64,000 nt of DNA from Candidatus Bathyarchaeota archaeon (GCA_963726255.1 CAVSBL010000002.1:2080001-2144000); one strand, 5' to 3'. Positions 17,528 through 28,275 are shown, numbered from the stretch's first letter. A program made the numbers and translations. Notes: generated by a model not told the origin, from the letters alone.

Positions 17528-18133
17528 ATGCAAGCGGAGCTCGCTCATCGGAGAGTAGACTCTCTAAGCGAAGTATTTCTCGAAGACGTATACGCCATCC
17601 CCGGCGGGCACAAGGTCAAGGAATGTATTCAATGCGGCACCTGTAGCGCCTCCTGTCCCACAAGCTACGCGATGGACTACACACCAAGAGAGGTCATCGC
17701 AGCGCTCAGGGCTGGCATGCTTGACCGTGTTCTGATGAGCAACACAATCTGGCTCTGCGCCTCATGCTACTCCTGCACCGTCAGGTGCCCATCAGGAATC
17801 AAACTCACGGACGTCATGTACGAGCTCAAACGGCTGGCAATCGAGTTCAACCTCGTCCCCAAGAACGTCAAAACGCCCATAGTATCGAAACTGTTCGTCA
17901 ACATCGTCGATAAGTACGGTCGCATCTCAGAAACTGAACTCGTTAGCAAATTCATGATGAAGACGAACCCACTATCAACCCTCAAAATGATACCTCGGGC
18001 CTACAAGTTATTCATGCGGGGGAGGCTACCGCTCATTCCTCACCGAATCAAAGGAACACGCGACCTACGCAAGAGCACTGAGATGCTGGTTTCCGGCGTG
18101 CATCCGGGAACAGCCTCCAAGGGGGCGCAGTAG
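17528..18133 (+). CDS. hdrC: Heterodisulfide reductase subunit C
   Basis: CIQCGTCSASCP and CASCYSCTVRCP [4Fe-4S] motifs. Confidence 0.92.
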   Translation: MQAELAHRRVDSLSEVFLEDVYAIPGGHKVKECIQCGTCSASCPTSYAMDYTPREVIAALRAGMLDRVLMSNTIWLCASCYSCTVRCPSGIKLTDVMYELKRLAIEFNLVPKNVKTPIVSKLFVNIVDKYGRISETELVSKFMMKTNPLSTLKMIPRAYKLFMRGRLPLIPHRIKGTRDLRKSTEMLVSGVHPGTASKGAQ

Positions 18134-18137
18134 AAAG

Positions 18138-19043
18138 TTGCAATCTCAACTTGAATTCTCGTATTACCCTGGTTGCTCGGTTGAGGGAATGAACAAATCC
18201 TACGACAAAGCTAGCCGCTTAGTCTGCGAGGCTCTCGGCATCAACCTAGCCGAGCTCAATGACTGGAACTGTTGCGGTGCCACCTCATACATGGCCATCA
18301 ACGAACAGAGGGCGCACGTTCTCTCAGCAAGAAATTTGGCGTTGGCGGAGAAAGAGAAGAAAGACCTCGTAGTCGTCTGCCCTGCCTGCCTAACAACCCT
18401 AACCAAAACCAATCGCTACATGGGCGAAGATCCGAGGCTGAACAGAACAATCAACTCAGCTCTGAGCGCCGCGGGCCTGCGGTACCAGGGTGGCGCGAGG
18501 GTTAGGCATCTTCTAGAAGTGATCGTTAACGAGGTGGGCGAAGCCAGAGTCAAGTCCAGGGTAAGAAAGTCGCTCATGGGCCTCATGGTCGCGCCGTATT
18601 ATGGTTGCCAATTAACTCGGCCTTTCGGAGAAATCGACGACAAGGAATTCCCAACGATACTCGACAAACTGCTCTCTTGGTTAGGAGCGAAACCCGTCGC
18701 TTTTCCGATGAAGACGAAGTGCTGCGGCGGCATGCTAATGATGACTAACGAAGCCGTTGCATTGGGGTTGACGAGAAACCTTCTGGCTTCAGCGAAACAA
18801 AATGGGGCAGAGTGCATTGCTACTCTTTGTCCACTGTGCCACATGAATTTGGAAGCGTACCAAGGCAACGTGAACAAGCTCTTTGGAACAAGCTTCAACG
18901 TTCCAATACTTTACTTCACACAATTGCTGGGCCTCGCCTTCGGTTTCTCGCGAAAATCGCTAGGCGTTGACGAAGAACTCACGCCTAGCAAAGAATTGCT
19001 GAAGAAAACTTGGTGGTTGTACGAGAGTTGTCAGAAAAGATAG
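18138..19043 (+). CDS. hdrB: Heterodisulfide reductase subunit B
   Basis: YYPGC, WNCCGA, CPAC, YYGC, KCCGG, CPLCHMNL CCG domains. Confidence 0.93.
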   Translation: MQSQLEFSYYPGCSVEGMNKSYDKASRLVCEALGINLAELNDWNCCGATSYMAINEQRAHVLSARNLALAEKEKKDLVVVCPACLTTLTKTNRYMGEDPRLNRTINSALSAAGLRYQGGARVRHLLEVIVNEVGEARVKSRVRKSLMGLMVAPYYGCQLTRPFGEIDDKEFPTILDKLLSWLGAKPVAFPMKTKCCGGMLMMTNEAVALGLTRNLLASAKQNGAECIATLCPLCHMNLEAYQGNVNKLFGTSFNVPILYFTQLLGLAFGFSRKSLGVDEELTPSKELLKKTWWLYESCQKR

Positions 19044-20986
19044 GCGTCTACGTGTGCCATTGCGGGACGAACATAGCCCGCACCGTGGACTGCAAGGCCG
19101 TCGCTGAATATGCGCGTTGCCTCCCCAACGTAGTTGTAGCCCGGGATTACCAGTACACGTGCTCCGACCCCGGCCAAGAAATGATCAGGAACGATATCAG
19201 CGAATTTGGGTTGACGCGGGTCGTCGTTGCCTCATGCTCACCCTTGATGCATGAGCCGACCTTCAGGCGCGCCGTTGCAGGTGGTGGCCTGAACCCGTTC
19301 CTGTTTCAAATGGCCAACATTCGGGAGCAATGTTCGTGGATAACCGAAGACAGAGAGTTGGCCACTGAACGCGCTAAGGCCATTGTCGGCGCAGCCGTAA
19401 TGCGCGTGATTTTCCATGAAGTGCTCGAGGTCAAGAAGGTTCCAGTGAATCCGGACGTGCTGATCGTTGGAGGCGGTATCACGGGAATTGAGGCTGCGCT
19501 TCAGATTGCGGATTCAGGGAAGAAGGTGTACCTCGTCGAGAAGGAACCCTCAATTGGGGGTTATATGGCGCGGTTCGACAAGACTTTTCCAACACTCGAC
19601 TGTGCGGCCTGTATCCTTACTCCCAAGATGGTATCCGTCGGCCAGCACCCAAACATTGAACTCCTAACTTACAGCGACGTCGTCGGCTTCTCAGGGTATG
19701 TAGGGAACTTCACCGCACGAATACGCAAGAGGCCTAGGTACGTTGACGAGGAGAAATGCACTGGCTGTGGCCAATGTGAGCAAAAATGCCCGTTGAGTGT
19801 GCCAAGCGAGTTCGAATGTGGCTTGGGTAAGAGGAAGGCAATCTACAGGCCGTTTCCACAAGCCGTCCCGGGCACACCGGTCATAGACAAGGAACACTGC
19901 CTATACTTCACAAGAGGCGCCTGTAAGGTCTGCGTCAAATTCTGCCCGAAAGGCGCAATCGACTTCGAACAAAAAGAGAGTTTCCTCGAAGTGCCGGTTG
20001 GCTCCGCAATCCTAGCCACAGGGTTTGATGTTTTCGACGGCGCGCGTGTGAAAGAATACGGGTATAGCAGATTTCCCAACGTCATAACGAGCCTAGAATT
20101 CGAGCGCCTAACGCATGCATCGGGGCCAACCGCAGGCAATATAGTTCTCAAGAACGGCAAAACCCCTGAGAGCATAGCAATCATTCACTGCGTCGGAAGC
20201 CGAGACCACAACTACAACGAGTACTGCTCACGCGTCTGCTGCATGTACTCACTGAAGACAGCTCACCTAGTTCGGGAGAAAACAGCCGGGAAGGTGTATG
20301 AATTCTACATTGATATGCGGGCGGCTGGGAAAGGCTACGAGGAATTCTACAAACGGCTACTCGAGGAAGACGTGACCTTCGTTAGGGGAAGAGTGGCCGA
20401 GGTCACAGACGTAGCCGAAACTGCCGCCGAGAAAGGCAAGCTCGTGGTTATGGCTGAAGACACACTCCTAGGCATCGTACGCAGGATCCCAGTTGACATG
20501 GTCATCCTTAGCGTTGGGCTCGAACCGAGGCGGGACGCAACAGATGTTGCCCACACATTCTCCATCAGCAGAAGCAAAGACGGGTTCTTCCTAGAGAAAC
20601 ATCCGAAACTCGCGCCCGTCTCCACAGCCGTCGACGGCGTCTTCGTGGCGGGTGCTTGCCAGGGACCTAAGGACATCCCCGATAGTGTTGCGCAGGGGGC
20701 AGCCGCAGCGGCCAACGTTCTCTCATTGATTGATAGGAAAACAGTGGAACTTGAATCAGCAATAGCGCTGATCAACGAGGCATCATGTTCCGGCTGCAAG
20801 ATATGCGTCGAATTATGCCCGTACCATGCAATAACCTACGACGAGGAAAGAAAACTCGCCGTGGTAAACGAAGCCTTATGCAAGGGATGCGGCGTCTGCG
20901 TGGCAGCCTGTCCTTCCAGTGCGATTGAACAGCAGAACTTCACGAACCCGCAGCTCCTAGCCGAGATTGAAGCTATCTGCACATGA
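19010..20986 (+). CDS. hdrA: Heterodisulfide reductase subunit A
   Basis: IGVYVCHCGTNIA, GGGITG, DKTFPTLDC, CSRVCCMY, inserted and C-terminal ferredoxin domains. Confidence 0.95.
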   Translation: MVVVRELSEKIGVYVCHCGTNIARTVDCKAVAEYARCLPNVVVARDYQYTCSDPGQEMIRNDISEFGLTRVVVASCSPLMHEPTFRRAVAGGGLNPFLFQMANIREQCSWITEDRELATERAKAIVGAAVMRVIFHEVLEVKKVPVNPDVLIVGGGITGIEAALQIADSGKKVYLVEKEPSIGGYMARFDKTFPTLDCAACILTPKMVSVGQHPNIELLTYSDVVGFSGYVGNFTARIRKRPRYVDEEKCTGCGQCEQKCPLSVPSEFECGLGKRKAIYRPFPQAVPGTPVIDKEHCLYFTRGACKVCVKFCPKGAIDFEQKESFLEVPVGSAILATGFDVFDGARVKEYGYSRFPNVITSLEFERLTHASGPTAGNIVLKNGKTPESIAIIHCVGSRDHNYNEYCSRVCCMYSLKTAHLVREKTAGKVYEFYIDMRAAGKGYEEFYKRLLEEDVTFVRGRVAEVTDVAETAAEKGKLVVMAEDTLLGIVRRIPVDMVILSVGLEPRRDATDVAHTFSISRSKDGFFLEKHPKLAPVSTAVDGVFVAGACQGPKDIPDSVAQGAAAAANVLSLIDRKTVELESAIALINEASCSGCKICVELCPYHAITYDEERKLAVVNEALCKGCGVCVAACPSSAIEQQNFTNPQLLAEIEAICT

Positions 20987-21045
20987 AGCGGCCCCAGAGC
21001 TGGCCGCATACTCCAAGCCTAAGATTACATGTTTCGCTACGCTAT

Positions 21046-21381
21046 CTAGTGGACGTACCTGGAGACTAAGCCTAGAATGCCTCCAACAAGGACTAGGAGG
21101 CCGCCGATTCCTCCGCCGACCAAGCCAACAACTATCAGTACGACTGCCGAGAGAAGTTCCGTAACACGCTTCGACAAATAGATGGCTATTATACCTAGTA
21201 TGATGCCCACAATGGCTCCAAAGCCCGCGAAAAGCCCGAGCCTAGGCAGCCCAATAGATGTCATGAATGCCATCCCCACAAAACTAAGCACGCTGAGCAG
21301 AATCAGCAAAATGCCGCCAACCAAAGCCAAAACATAAGCGAGCCGACCGAGTGACGTCTTAGCCACGACTCTATCCTCCAA
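21046..21381 (-). CDS. Small Gly-rich membrane protein
   Basis: 3-4 hydrophobic segments. Confidence 0.7.
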   Translation of the reverse strand: MEDRVVAKTSLGRLAYVLALVGGILLILLSVLSFVGMAFMTSIGLPRLGLFAGFGAIVGIILGIIAIYLSKRVTELLSAVVLIVVGLVGGGIGGLLVLVGGILGLVSRYVH

Positions 21382-21465
21382 CTACAATTTTTCCCATCAA
21401 CTACCCAAGTTGTTCTTAAGCTTTGACAACTACATTATGGCCTCTCGCAGGCTCACGTTAGGAAA

Positions 21466-21798
21466 TCACCGTTTCACCTGTACTCTAAGGTCTTTCACCA
21501 CTGCTCTAATCACCTTGAAGTGCTGATCTCGCGTAACAAGTTGAAGACCCAGCCTGACTGTGATGGCGGAGATCACCAGATCCAAGGCCGGGACCGGCGT
21601 CCCCTGTTTCAGCATCTCGGCGGACCAAAGTAAGGCATTGTCAAAGTCCTCTCTCGTAGGGTACAATATTCCAAGTCTGATTAGTTCGACGGCTTTAGGG
21701 AATTCAATTAGATTTAGAATTGTTGTGAATCCTTCCGCTTGGACTCCTGCCCTACGTAATTCGATCAGTTCGCTTGAATCGTAGAGGTTCTCTTCCAT
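21466..21798 (-). CDS. vapC: VapC PIN-domain toxin
   Basis: LYDSSELI, NLIEF, ALDLVISA, VTRDQHF. Confidence 0.85.
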   Translation of the reverse strand: MEENLYDSSELIELRRAGVQAEGFTTILNLIEFPKAVELIRLGILYPTREDFDNALLWSAEMLKQGTPVPALDLVISAITVRLGLQLVTRDQHFKVIRAVVKDLRVQVKR

Positions 21799-22043
21799 TC
21801 CAATTCCTTCGTTTTCCGGTAGTAACGAATTGCATCCTCGACCGGAATCTTCTCAAGTTCGATGCCCGACTTTACAATCATATCTCTCAGGTCTGAAGTC
21901 GAAGCGCGAAACGCCACAGGCCCTTCAAGTCGTTCTAGTCTTTCGACTATCGCTCTTCTCGCAACCTCACTCCATTTGACGTCAGTTCGCCTCTTCATTT
22001 TCCGGTAAACCTCCTCAGGTAATGAGAGTGTGATATTTGGCAT
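21765..22043 (-). CDS. vapB: RHH antitoxin
   Basis: MPNITLSLPEEVYRKMK...VKWSEVARRAI; palindrome TGTGAGTTCACA just upstream. Confidence 0.85.
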   Translation of the reverse strand: MPNITLSLPEEVYRKMKRRTDVKWSEVARRAIVERLERLEGPVAFRASTSDLRDMIVKSGIELEKIPVEDAIRYYRKTKELEWKRTSTIQAN

Positions 22044-22115
22044 AAGTGTAAACTGTGAGTTCACATAAATAATCATTTCTTAAGAACTGCCCATCCGCGT
22101 GCGGGGCCGAACTCG

Positions 22116-22439
22116 TCAAGCGCGTATGTCGTACCAGTGTAGTTGAACTGGGACCTGCGCGAGCAGCCTTGCTTCGTTGAATAGGTCTATGACTCGTTGG
22201 ACGGGGGCGCTGTCGCCGTTTATGCCGTAGACGTACACGGGGCCGTAGCTTTTCATGTGAACAAGGTTCGCCGCTATCAGTTTCTCTAAATGTTTGCGTA
22301 TAACCTTCCTATCCAACCCGCTGAACTTTGCAATCTTATAGATCGTCAAATCCTCACCCCGATTGCGGGCGAGGACCAACAGAATCCTCAACCGGGCCTC
22401 ACTGCCCAAAGTCTTCAAGAACAGAGGTCTCAGCGGCAA
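22116..22439 (-). CDS. ArsR-like winged-helix regulator
   Basis: LGSEARLRILLVL...TIYKIAKFSGLDRKVIRKHLEKL. Confidence 0.8.
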   Translation of the reverse strand: MPLRPLFLKTLGSEARLRILLVLARNRGEDLTIYKIAKFSGLDRKVIRKHLEKLIAANLVHMKSYGPVYVYGINGDSAPVQRVIDLFNEARLLAQVPVQLHWYDIRA

Positions 22440-22550
22440 GGTGCCTCACGAAGAACAAAAGACCCCCTGTAAAGATAAACAAGAGAGCTAAGTGAAAGTA
22501 TGAGCCATAGTTTTTAGCATGCACCAAGAATTCATATTGCCAGGCGTTTC

Positions 22551-22757
22551 ATGATGAAAGAGCGACGTTTCTTTGTGGCAATCAATTTCACTAAATACAA
22601 AGGCAGGTACGTCGCCATAGTCCGGAAGAGAATCGTCGCTAGCGGAAAAGACGCGAAGATTGTCTGGTTGGAAGCCAAGCGGAAACATCCAGACTCCCGT
22701 CCCGAACTGCTCAAAGTTGCAAAGGGCGAAACGCTTGTGCTTGTAATATGCGAGTAA
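22551..22757 (+). CDS. DUF5678-like small protein
   Basis: KYKGRYVAIVRKRIVASGKD signature. Confidence 0.75.
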   Translation: MMKERRFFVAINFTKYKGRYVAIVRKRIVASGKDAKIVWLEAKRKHPDSRPELLKVAKGETLVLVICE

Positions 22758-23146
22758 CCTTCCCATACATCAAAGAGAAGTCTTCAGTTTTCGGTGTGGT
22801 CTTCCGTCCAGTCGCAAAGGTGATTTTTGAAGGGGAATTTCCTCAATGGATGTACGTTGACTCGGGCGCGGACATCAGCCTCATTCCTCTATCAGTTGGG
22901 AAACTCATAGGGTTTCGCCGCGAAAGAGAGGAAAAACTGGAAAGAATTTTCGGTGTGGGCCACTCTTCAATTCCAATTCTGACAAGACGAGTATCAATCC
23001 GATTGGGATTGTTGGAATTTCCTGCGAGGGTTGCTTGGAGTCAAATTGAAGATGTCCCGCTGCTATTAGGACGGATGGATATTTTTCGGAGGTTTCACGT
23101 AACTTTCATGGAGAGAGAAAAAGCAACTGTCTTTTCAACTAGATGA
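22748..23146 (+). CDS. Retropepsin-like aspartyl protease
   Basis: VDSGADISLIP and LLGRMDIF motifs. Confidence 0.85.
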   Translation: MRVTFPYIKEKSSVFGVVFRPVAKVIFEGEFPQWMYVDSGADISLIPLSVGKLIGFRREREEKLERIFGVGHSSIPILTRRVSIRLGLLEFPARVAWSQIEDVPLLLGRMDIFRRFHVTFMEREKATVFSTR

Positions 23147-23232
23147 CCAAAGGAGGACAGGGCAATGGGATGTCCGGAGTTCTCCAATAAAGTGATTAAC
23201 TCTTTAGGCGCACTCCATTCACACGCTTTGCG

Positions 23233-23673
23233 ATGCTGAGGGAAGTGCTCGAATTGGGGTGCGTCTTCTGCGACCTCATTAACAGAACTACAGCTTCCTA
23301 CCTCATCTACGAAGACGCCGAGTACATAGCCTTCTTAGACAAATATCCGATTTCCGTTGGGCACACGCTCGTACTGCCCAAGAAGCACGTCGAACGCGTC
23401 AATGATTTGACGCCAGAGGAGTTCTGTGCGTTGTTCGCGCGAGTTCACGCCCTGAATCGCCATGTAACCTCAAAGCTGGGAGCCACCGCGTCCCATATTT
23501 CAATAAACGATGGCGCGGCCGCGAATCAACTCATACCGCACGTGCATGTTCACATAATTCCGCGGAACAAGAATGACAGTGCGGGATTCACGGCGAGGAA
23601 ACTACTACGCTCGGTCGAAATGCAAGAAGTCAAGAAGAAATTAGAGGCCAGTGATCTGCGCCTTACATCGTAG
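23233..23673 (+). CDS. HIT family nucleotide hydrolase
   Basis: CVFC, GHTLVLPKKH, HVHVHIIPR. Confidence 0.95.
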   Translation: MLREVLELGCVFCDLINRTTASYLIYEDAEYIAFLDKYPISVGHTLVLPKKHVERVNDLTPEEFCALFARVHALNRHVTSKLGATASHISINDGAAANQLIPHVHVHIIPRNKNDSAGFTARKLLRSVEMQEVKKKLEASDLRLTS

Positions 23674-25408
23674 TTTGCGCAGCTACCATTTTGCCTACCT
23701 CGGGTCCGATTTGTTTTGGTTCAATGATTGGCGCGGTGCAAGCTGTTCCAACGCATATGTAGGCAGTTGGTTGTTCTGTGTTAGGGAACCCCAGGGCTGC
23801 GATTGTTTCGTAGTCCTTCTTCGGGTCTAGGACTTGTATGATTTTGCGCGGCTCATAGACTCGGTGTGCTTCTGCGAGCAGGCCTTTCGTCCCCGGTTTC
23901 TCTAGTGAGCCCAGTATTCGCAGGGTGGTTGGCTCGTTAAGGAACGTATCTACGGCTGTAGCGTATTCGGTTGCCATGAATCCGAATTGTGGGTATATCT
24001 CAACGAAACGCTTCAGTGTCCCTTCGGCCTGACTATGGTAGGTTTCATTTCCTGTCAGGTGGAATAGCTTCGTAAGCACCAGGGCCGCGGCGCTGTTCTC
24101 CTCGAGCGGCTTCGCAGGCTTACTTAGAAAACCAGGTGCGTTTGAGTCCACAACCGTGTCGAAGAAACCGCCATGTTCCGAATCATATAATTTTCGTGCC
24201 GCTATTTGCATCAATTCTTCAGCTAATTCCAAGAACTTCCGATCTGCCGTACACTCATAAGCGCAGCACAGTGTCTTCGCAGTTTGCACCTGGTCGGCGA
24301 GTTGGTTCTGGAGTTGCGGTTGCCCATCGTGGTAATGGTACATACCTTCACCCGGCTTGTAGTTAAGGGTCAGAAGCCTTCGCAAACTCTTCAGGCCAAA
24401 TTCCCGTGCAGATACCTCGCCGAGGGTGAACGACGCTTCCAGGTACGCGGAGGTCATCATGGCATTCCAATTTGTGTAGATATGTTTGTCAATGAACGGT
24501 GGTTTTAGTTTCGCGCGTTCACTCTTGCTCAGTTTGTAGTACTCTTCATCAGCGTCCTGGCTACCGTAGAAGCATCCGTTCTCCTGGTCGCTTAGCCAGG
24601 TGTTAACATAATCGATGATGCCCTTTGATATGTCGGCGTAGAATGGTTCTCCCGTAATCTGGTACGCGTGCAGATACAATTGTAACCATTTCGCGTTATC
24701 CTCGCACATCTTCTCGAAGTGTGGGACGCTCCAGTCCCTGAGGGTTGAGTACCTGAAGAAGCCCCCCATTTCCCTGTCGTATGTGCCGCTGCGGCCGACA
24801 TTCTGAAGCGTCACGGCCGCGAATCGAAGGAATTCGCGGTTGCCGCTGTAGTGATACTTGGAGAGGGCGAGTTCGTGGGCTTCGGTGTTAGGGAACTTTG
24901 GTTGCGTGCCGAAACCGCCGTAAATAGGGTCGAAATTGTTCGCTATCTCCCCAAGAATCTCATCGACAATTGAAGGCGATAGTTGGCCGATTGGGATGCT
25001 CTCAGGCTGGGGCATCTCCAGCTCGGGGGCAGGTTTACCTTGCAACTTCTCCCAAAAGGACTTGACATCCATCAAGACCTGCCTCATTTGTTCAGGTGGA
25101 AAGTATGTTCCACCGCCGATAACGTGGCCATCCGGGGCAAGGAAAGCGGTCGTCGGCCAACCGCCCATGTTATACCGCCGGTTTATGTCAGGTCGCTTAT
25201 CTGTGTCCACCCGAATTGGAATGAAATTCCTCTCAACATAATCGGCGATCTCTGGAACGGAGTATGTGTCCTGGTCCAGTCTGTGGCACCAATGGCACCA
25301 CACAGCACTAATGTCCAGAAGAACGGGTTTGTTTTCCCTCTTCGCCCGATCAAAGGCTTCGACCGTCCAATTTAGCCAACTTATTTTGGGCGATTTTTTT
25401 GCTCCCAT
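23663..25408 (-). CDS. Thioredoxin-domain YyaL/SPATA20-like protein (DUF255 plus alpha/alpha barrel)
   Basis: AVWCHWCH, GGWPTT, GGFGTQPKFP, PHFEKM; start MGAKK at 25408 preferred over 25492. Confidence 0.9.
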   Translation of the reverse strand: MGAKKSPKISWLNWTVEAFDRAKRENKPVLLDISAVWCHWCHRLDQDTYSVPEIADYVERNFIPIRVDTDKRPDINRRYNMGGWPTTAFLAPDGHVIGGGTYFPPEQMRQVLMDVKSFWEKLQGKPAPELEMPQPESIPIGQLSPSIVDEILGEIANNFDPIYGGFGTQPKFPNTEAHELALSKYHYSGNREFLRFAAVTLQNVGRSGTYDREMGGFFRYSTLRDWSVPHFEKMCEDNAKWLQLYLHAYQITGEPFYADISKGIIDYVNTWLSDQENGCFYGSQDADEEYYKLSKSERAKLKPPFIDKHIYTNWNAMMTSAYLEASFTLGEVSAREFGLKSLRRLLTLNYKPGEGMYHYHDGQPQLQNQLADQVQTAKTLCCAYECTADRKFLELAEELMQIAARKLYDSEHGGFFDTVVDSNAPGFLSKPAKPLEENSAAALVLTKLFHLTGNETYHSQAEGTLKRFVEIYPQFGFMATEYATAVDTFLNEPTTLRILGSLEKPGTKGLLAEAHRVYEPRKIIQVLDPKKDYETIAALGFPNTEQPTAYICVGTACTAPIIEPKQIGPEVGKMVAAQTTM

Positions 25409-25512
25409 ATTCAACCCTAACCTACTGGTTCTGCTCGCATTCGCCATAAGCATGTTCACGCAAGGACGCGAGGAGATTCTGTTTACCAGCAACCAAGAAA
25501 GCGGGCGCGCAG

Positions 25513-25866
25513 TTACGTGCGAGGTGGTGGGGGCCTGTTGGGCAGTTTTTTCTTGTACTCTTCTAGAATCTTGTCGTAAAGTCCCTTAGTGTACTTCAAC
25601 GCTTCCTGGGATTTTCCATGGCAATGCTCGTCCGGTTTCTTGGTCGAGATGCACTTTTCCTTCGCTTCCTCTATTCGCTTCAAAGCTGTTTCGAATTCTT
25701 CGCCTCTCTCAAGCTTGAGAACCGCGAGGAGTGAATTGTAGGCGGCCAGGTGAGCCCGCTTGCATTCTAAATGGCTCTTGCCCTCTCTCTCCTGGTAGCA
25801 AAGTTTGCAACAATCCATTGCCGTGCTGGCTTGGACCCACGGTTGGATGAGGAATACGGCTTCCAT
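25513..25866 (-). CDS. Small Cys-rich hypothetical protein
   Basis: CCKLC, HLEC, EHCH; start uncertain. Confidence 0.5.
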   Translation of the reverse strand: MEAVFLIQPWVQASTAMDCCKLCYQEREGKSHLECKRAHLAAYNSLLAVLKLERGEEFETALKRIEEAKEKCISTKKPDEHCHGKSQEALKYTKGLYDKILEEYKKKLPNRPPPPRT

Positions 25867-25963
25867 GGGGGCGCAGGGAAGCTCGGTCTGATTTATTGAT
25901 TATGCAACTTAAGCGAGGCATAAGCTATAGCATTCTAGGTCTGATTCAGTAGATTGATCGGCC

Positions 25964-26977
25964 TTGGAGTATTATGAGAACGTTCTCAGTCTGATCGGCA
26001 ATACCCCGCTGGTGAGGATAAACAAAGTCACTAACGGCGCCCGGTGCCTTATCCTCGCGAAGCTTGAGTACCTGAATCCCGGGGCAGCGTGAAGGACCGC
26101 ATAGGGGTTGCCATGATTGATGATGCTGAGCGAAAGGGATTGTTGAAGCCTGGCGGCACAATCGTTGAGCCAACATCCGGCAACACGGGTATGGGTCTAG
26201 CTCTCACCGCGGCGATTCGAGTGTACAAAGCTCTCTTCACAATGGCTGACAAGATGAGTGAGGAAAAGAGGCGTCTCCTCCGAGCTCTAGGCGCACGGGT
26301 TGTAATAGCACCCACGAATGTGCCTCCCGATTCGCCTGAGAACTACTACAATGTTGTAAAGCGAATCGCACGAGAAACGCCGGTTGGCAAGGGAGGAGGG
26401 GCTCTTCGTCGGCGGTTCAGCCGGCGCAGCTATGTACGCAACGCTTCAGGTCGCTGCAAAACTCCCGCAGGATAAGGTGGTTGTAGTGGTCTTCCCAGAC
26501 ACTGGCCGCAACTATCTAAGCAAGATGTACTCAGGCGAATGGATGCTCGAACTAGATTACATAGAAGCAGAAAAGGCGGAGAAGCTCACCGTGGAATTGA
26601 TACTGGAAGCGAAACCTCGTGATGTTCCAGCGATGATTGCCGTAACCCTGAATGATGCGTTGACGAAAGCGGTTGAATTGATGCGGAAGTTCGACGTATC
26701 CCAGCTACCCCTAGTCGAAGAGGGCCATGTTCTGGGCACGGTCCACGACGATACAATAATGAAGAGACTGCTAACGAAGGAGGCGTCACTAACGCAGTCA
26801 GTTCAGGAAATCATGGACGCGGCGCTTCCCACAATCGATGCAAAAGCGGAGGTATCCGAACTCTACAAACAACTTACTGGCGAACACAACGCAGTAGTTG
26901 TTGTCCGAGATGGGAAAGCGATAGGTGTCCTTACGAAGATGGGCGTGATCTCCCACCTTTCCAAGAGAGAGGCCTGA
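25964..26977 (+). pseudogene. cbs: Cystathionine beta-synthase (PLP plus CBS domains), frameshifted and internally deleted
   Basis: IGNTPLVRINK...KLEYLNPG, 1-nt loss near 26081, SVKDRIG...EPTSGNTG...RIARETP jumps out of frame to [12 protein letters not shown]...[10 protein letters not shown] plus a CBS pair. Confidence 0.85.
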
Positions 26978-28169
26978 GGTTTCTGAAGTCTGGCCCTACT
27001 ATGAGAATGGCAAATGTCATTGCTGCAACTAGGATTACGATGCCGGCGTAGAAGAGGCTTGAGAAGCCATACCGGTCAAGCAGGTATCCGCCCAGCAATG
27101 GTCCTATGATCGTTCCCAAGCTTATCACAACGGTGTAAATGCCCATTGTTGTTCCACGGCCTCGCTCCGGCGCCAGGTCCCCAAGTGAGGCGAGGGCTGC
27201 AGGGGCGAAGGCGAAGCTTCCAACTCCGAATACAACGAGGAACGGAGCCGCGTACATCAAGTCTAAGCGGTGCCTGAGCAGCGTGATGACCGTTGCGAAA
27301 AGTCCGATGAGTGAGACCATTCCCAGCATCATTAGTCTATCCCGGCCATAACGATCTGAAAGGTGGCCGAAGAATGGTTGCGAAAATGCCAGAATCAGAA
27401 CAACACCCGCGATGAAGAAACTAGTGAATAGTGGCGAGGGTCCGAGGCGTGGGCCGAATGTCAGCGCCATTCCGATGAATATCGTCACTGACAACCATAT
27501 CGGAAACATCGCTGCAGCGCGCTTATCAGTCAGAAGCAGGCGCAATGTCTTAACCGGAGAGAGCGCGGAGCGCAGCGCATGTGTCTTCTTTTCTCTAACT
27601 CTCAAGTAGGCGAAGATGGCCCCAACCGCTGCCAACGCCGAGCCGAAATAGAATGGAGCGACAATAAGGTTTGTTCGTACCAAAAGCCCGGCTGCAGAGA
27701 TGCCGACCACATATCCGCCGAGGTTGGCAAAATCGTAGATTCCCATCTCGCGGCCACGGTTCGCCGCTGTGCTCATGTCAGTCACCATGGTCAAGGTGCT
27801 GACAACGATCATCGCCGCAGCCAGGCCTTGAATCGCGTGTACGATGACGAGATAGCCTACCGCGGTATTCAGCGTGAAAGCAAACAAAGCCAAAGTCGAC
27901 AACGTCAACCCAAAGTAAATCCACCTCCTTCTCCCATACCTATCCACTAACACACCAATTGCGGGGGCAGCGATGATCTCCGTAACTGGATAAGCAGCCG
28001 CAATGATTCCCACCACGAAGTTCGAGAACTCCTGCTTGGGAAGGTAGAGTGGGAGTGTGAACAGGACCAGGCCAAAGCTGAACCGCATCAAGAAGACTGA
28101 AATGTAGAGTGGTGAGGAAAGAATCAATGAGCCAACAGTCGAGATTCGCCCCGAATAAGCCCTAGCCAA
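26931..28169 (-). CDS. MFS transporter
   Basis: [10 protein letters not shown] and [10 protein letters not shown] motif A; about 12 TM segments. Confidence 0.92.
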   Translation of the reverse strand: MARAYSGRISTVGSLILSSPLYISVFLMRFSFGLVLFTLPLYLPKQEFSNFVVGIIAAAYPVTEIIAAPAIGVLVDRYGRRRWIYFGLTLSTLALFAFTLNTAVGYLVIVHAIQGLAAAMIVVSTLTMVTDMSTAANRGREMGIYDFANLGGYVVGISAAGLLVRTNLIVAPFYFGSALAAVGAIFAYLRVREKKTHALRSALSPVKTLRLLLTDKRAAAMFPIWLSVTIFIGMALTFGPRLGPSPLFTSFFIAGVVLILAFSQPFFGHLSDRYGRDRLMMLGMVSLIGLFATVITLLRHRLDLMYAAPFLVVFGVGSFAFAPAALASLGDLAPERGRGTTMGIYTVVISLGTIIGPLLGGYLLDRYGFSSLFYAGIVILVAAMTFAILIVGPDFRNLRPLSWKGGRSRPSS

Positions 28170-28275
28170 CTTTCCCCGCCTTCAACCCGACAGAAGCATT
28201 TTCGTTCTGTGAAGCGGCCGTCCGTATAAGTAAACTTGTAAGCGTTTAATTATATGTGAATAGAAGCCACGAACC

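Noticed and set aside
17528-20986. hdrABC as evidence of methanogenesis
   Set aside because: No mcr or mtr genes in the window; Hdr complexes are widespread in non-methanogens.
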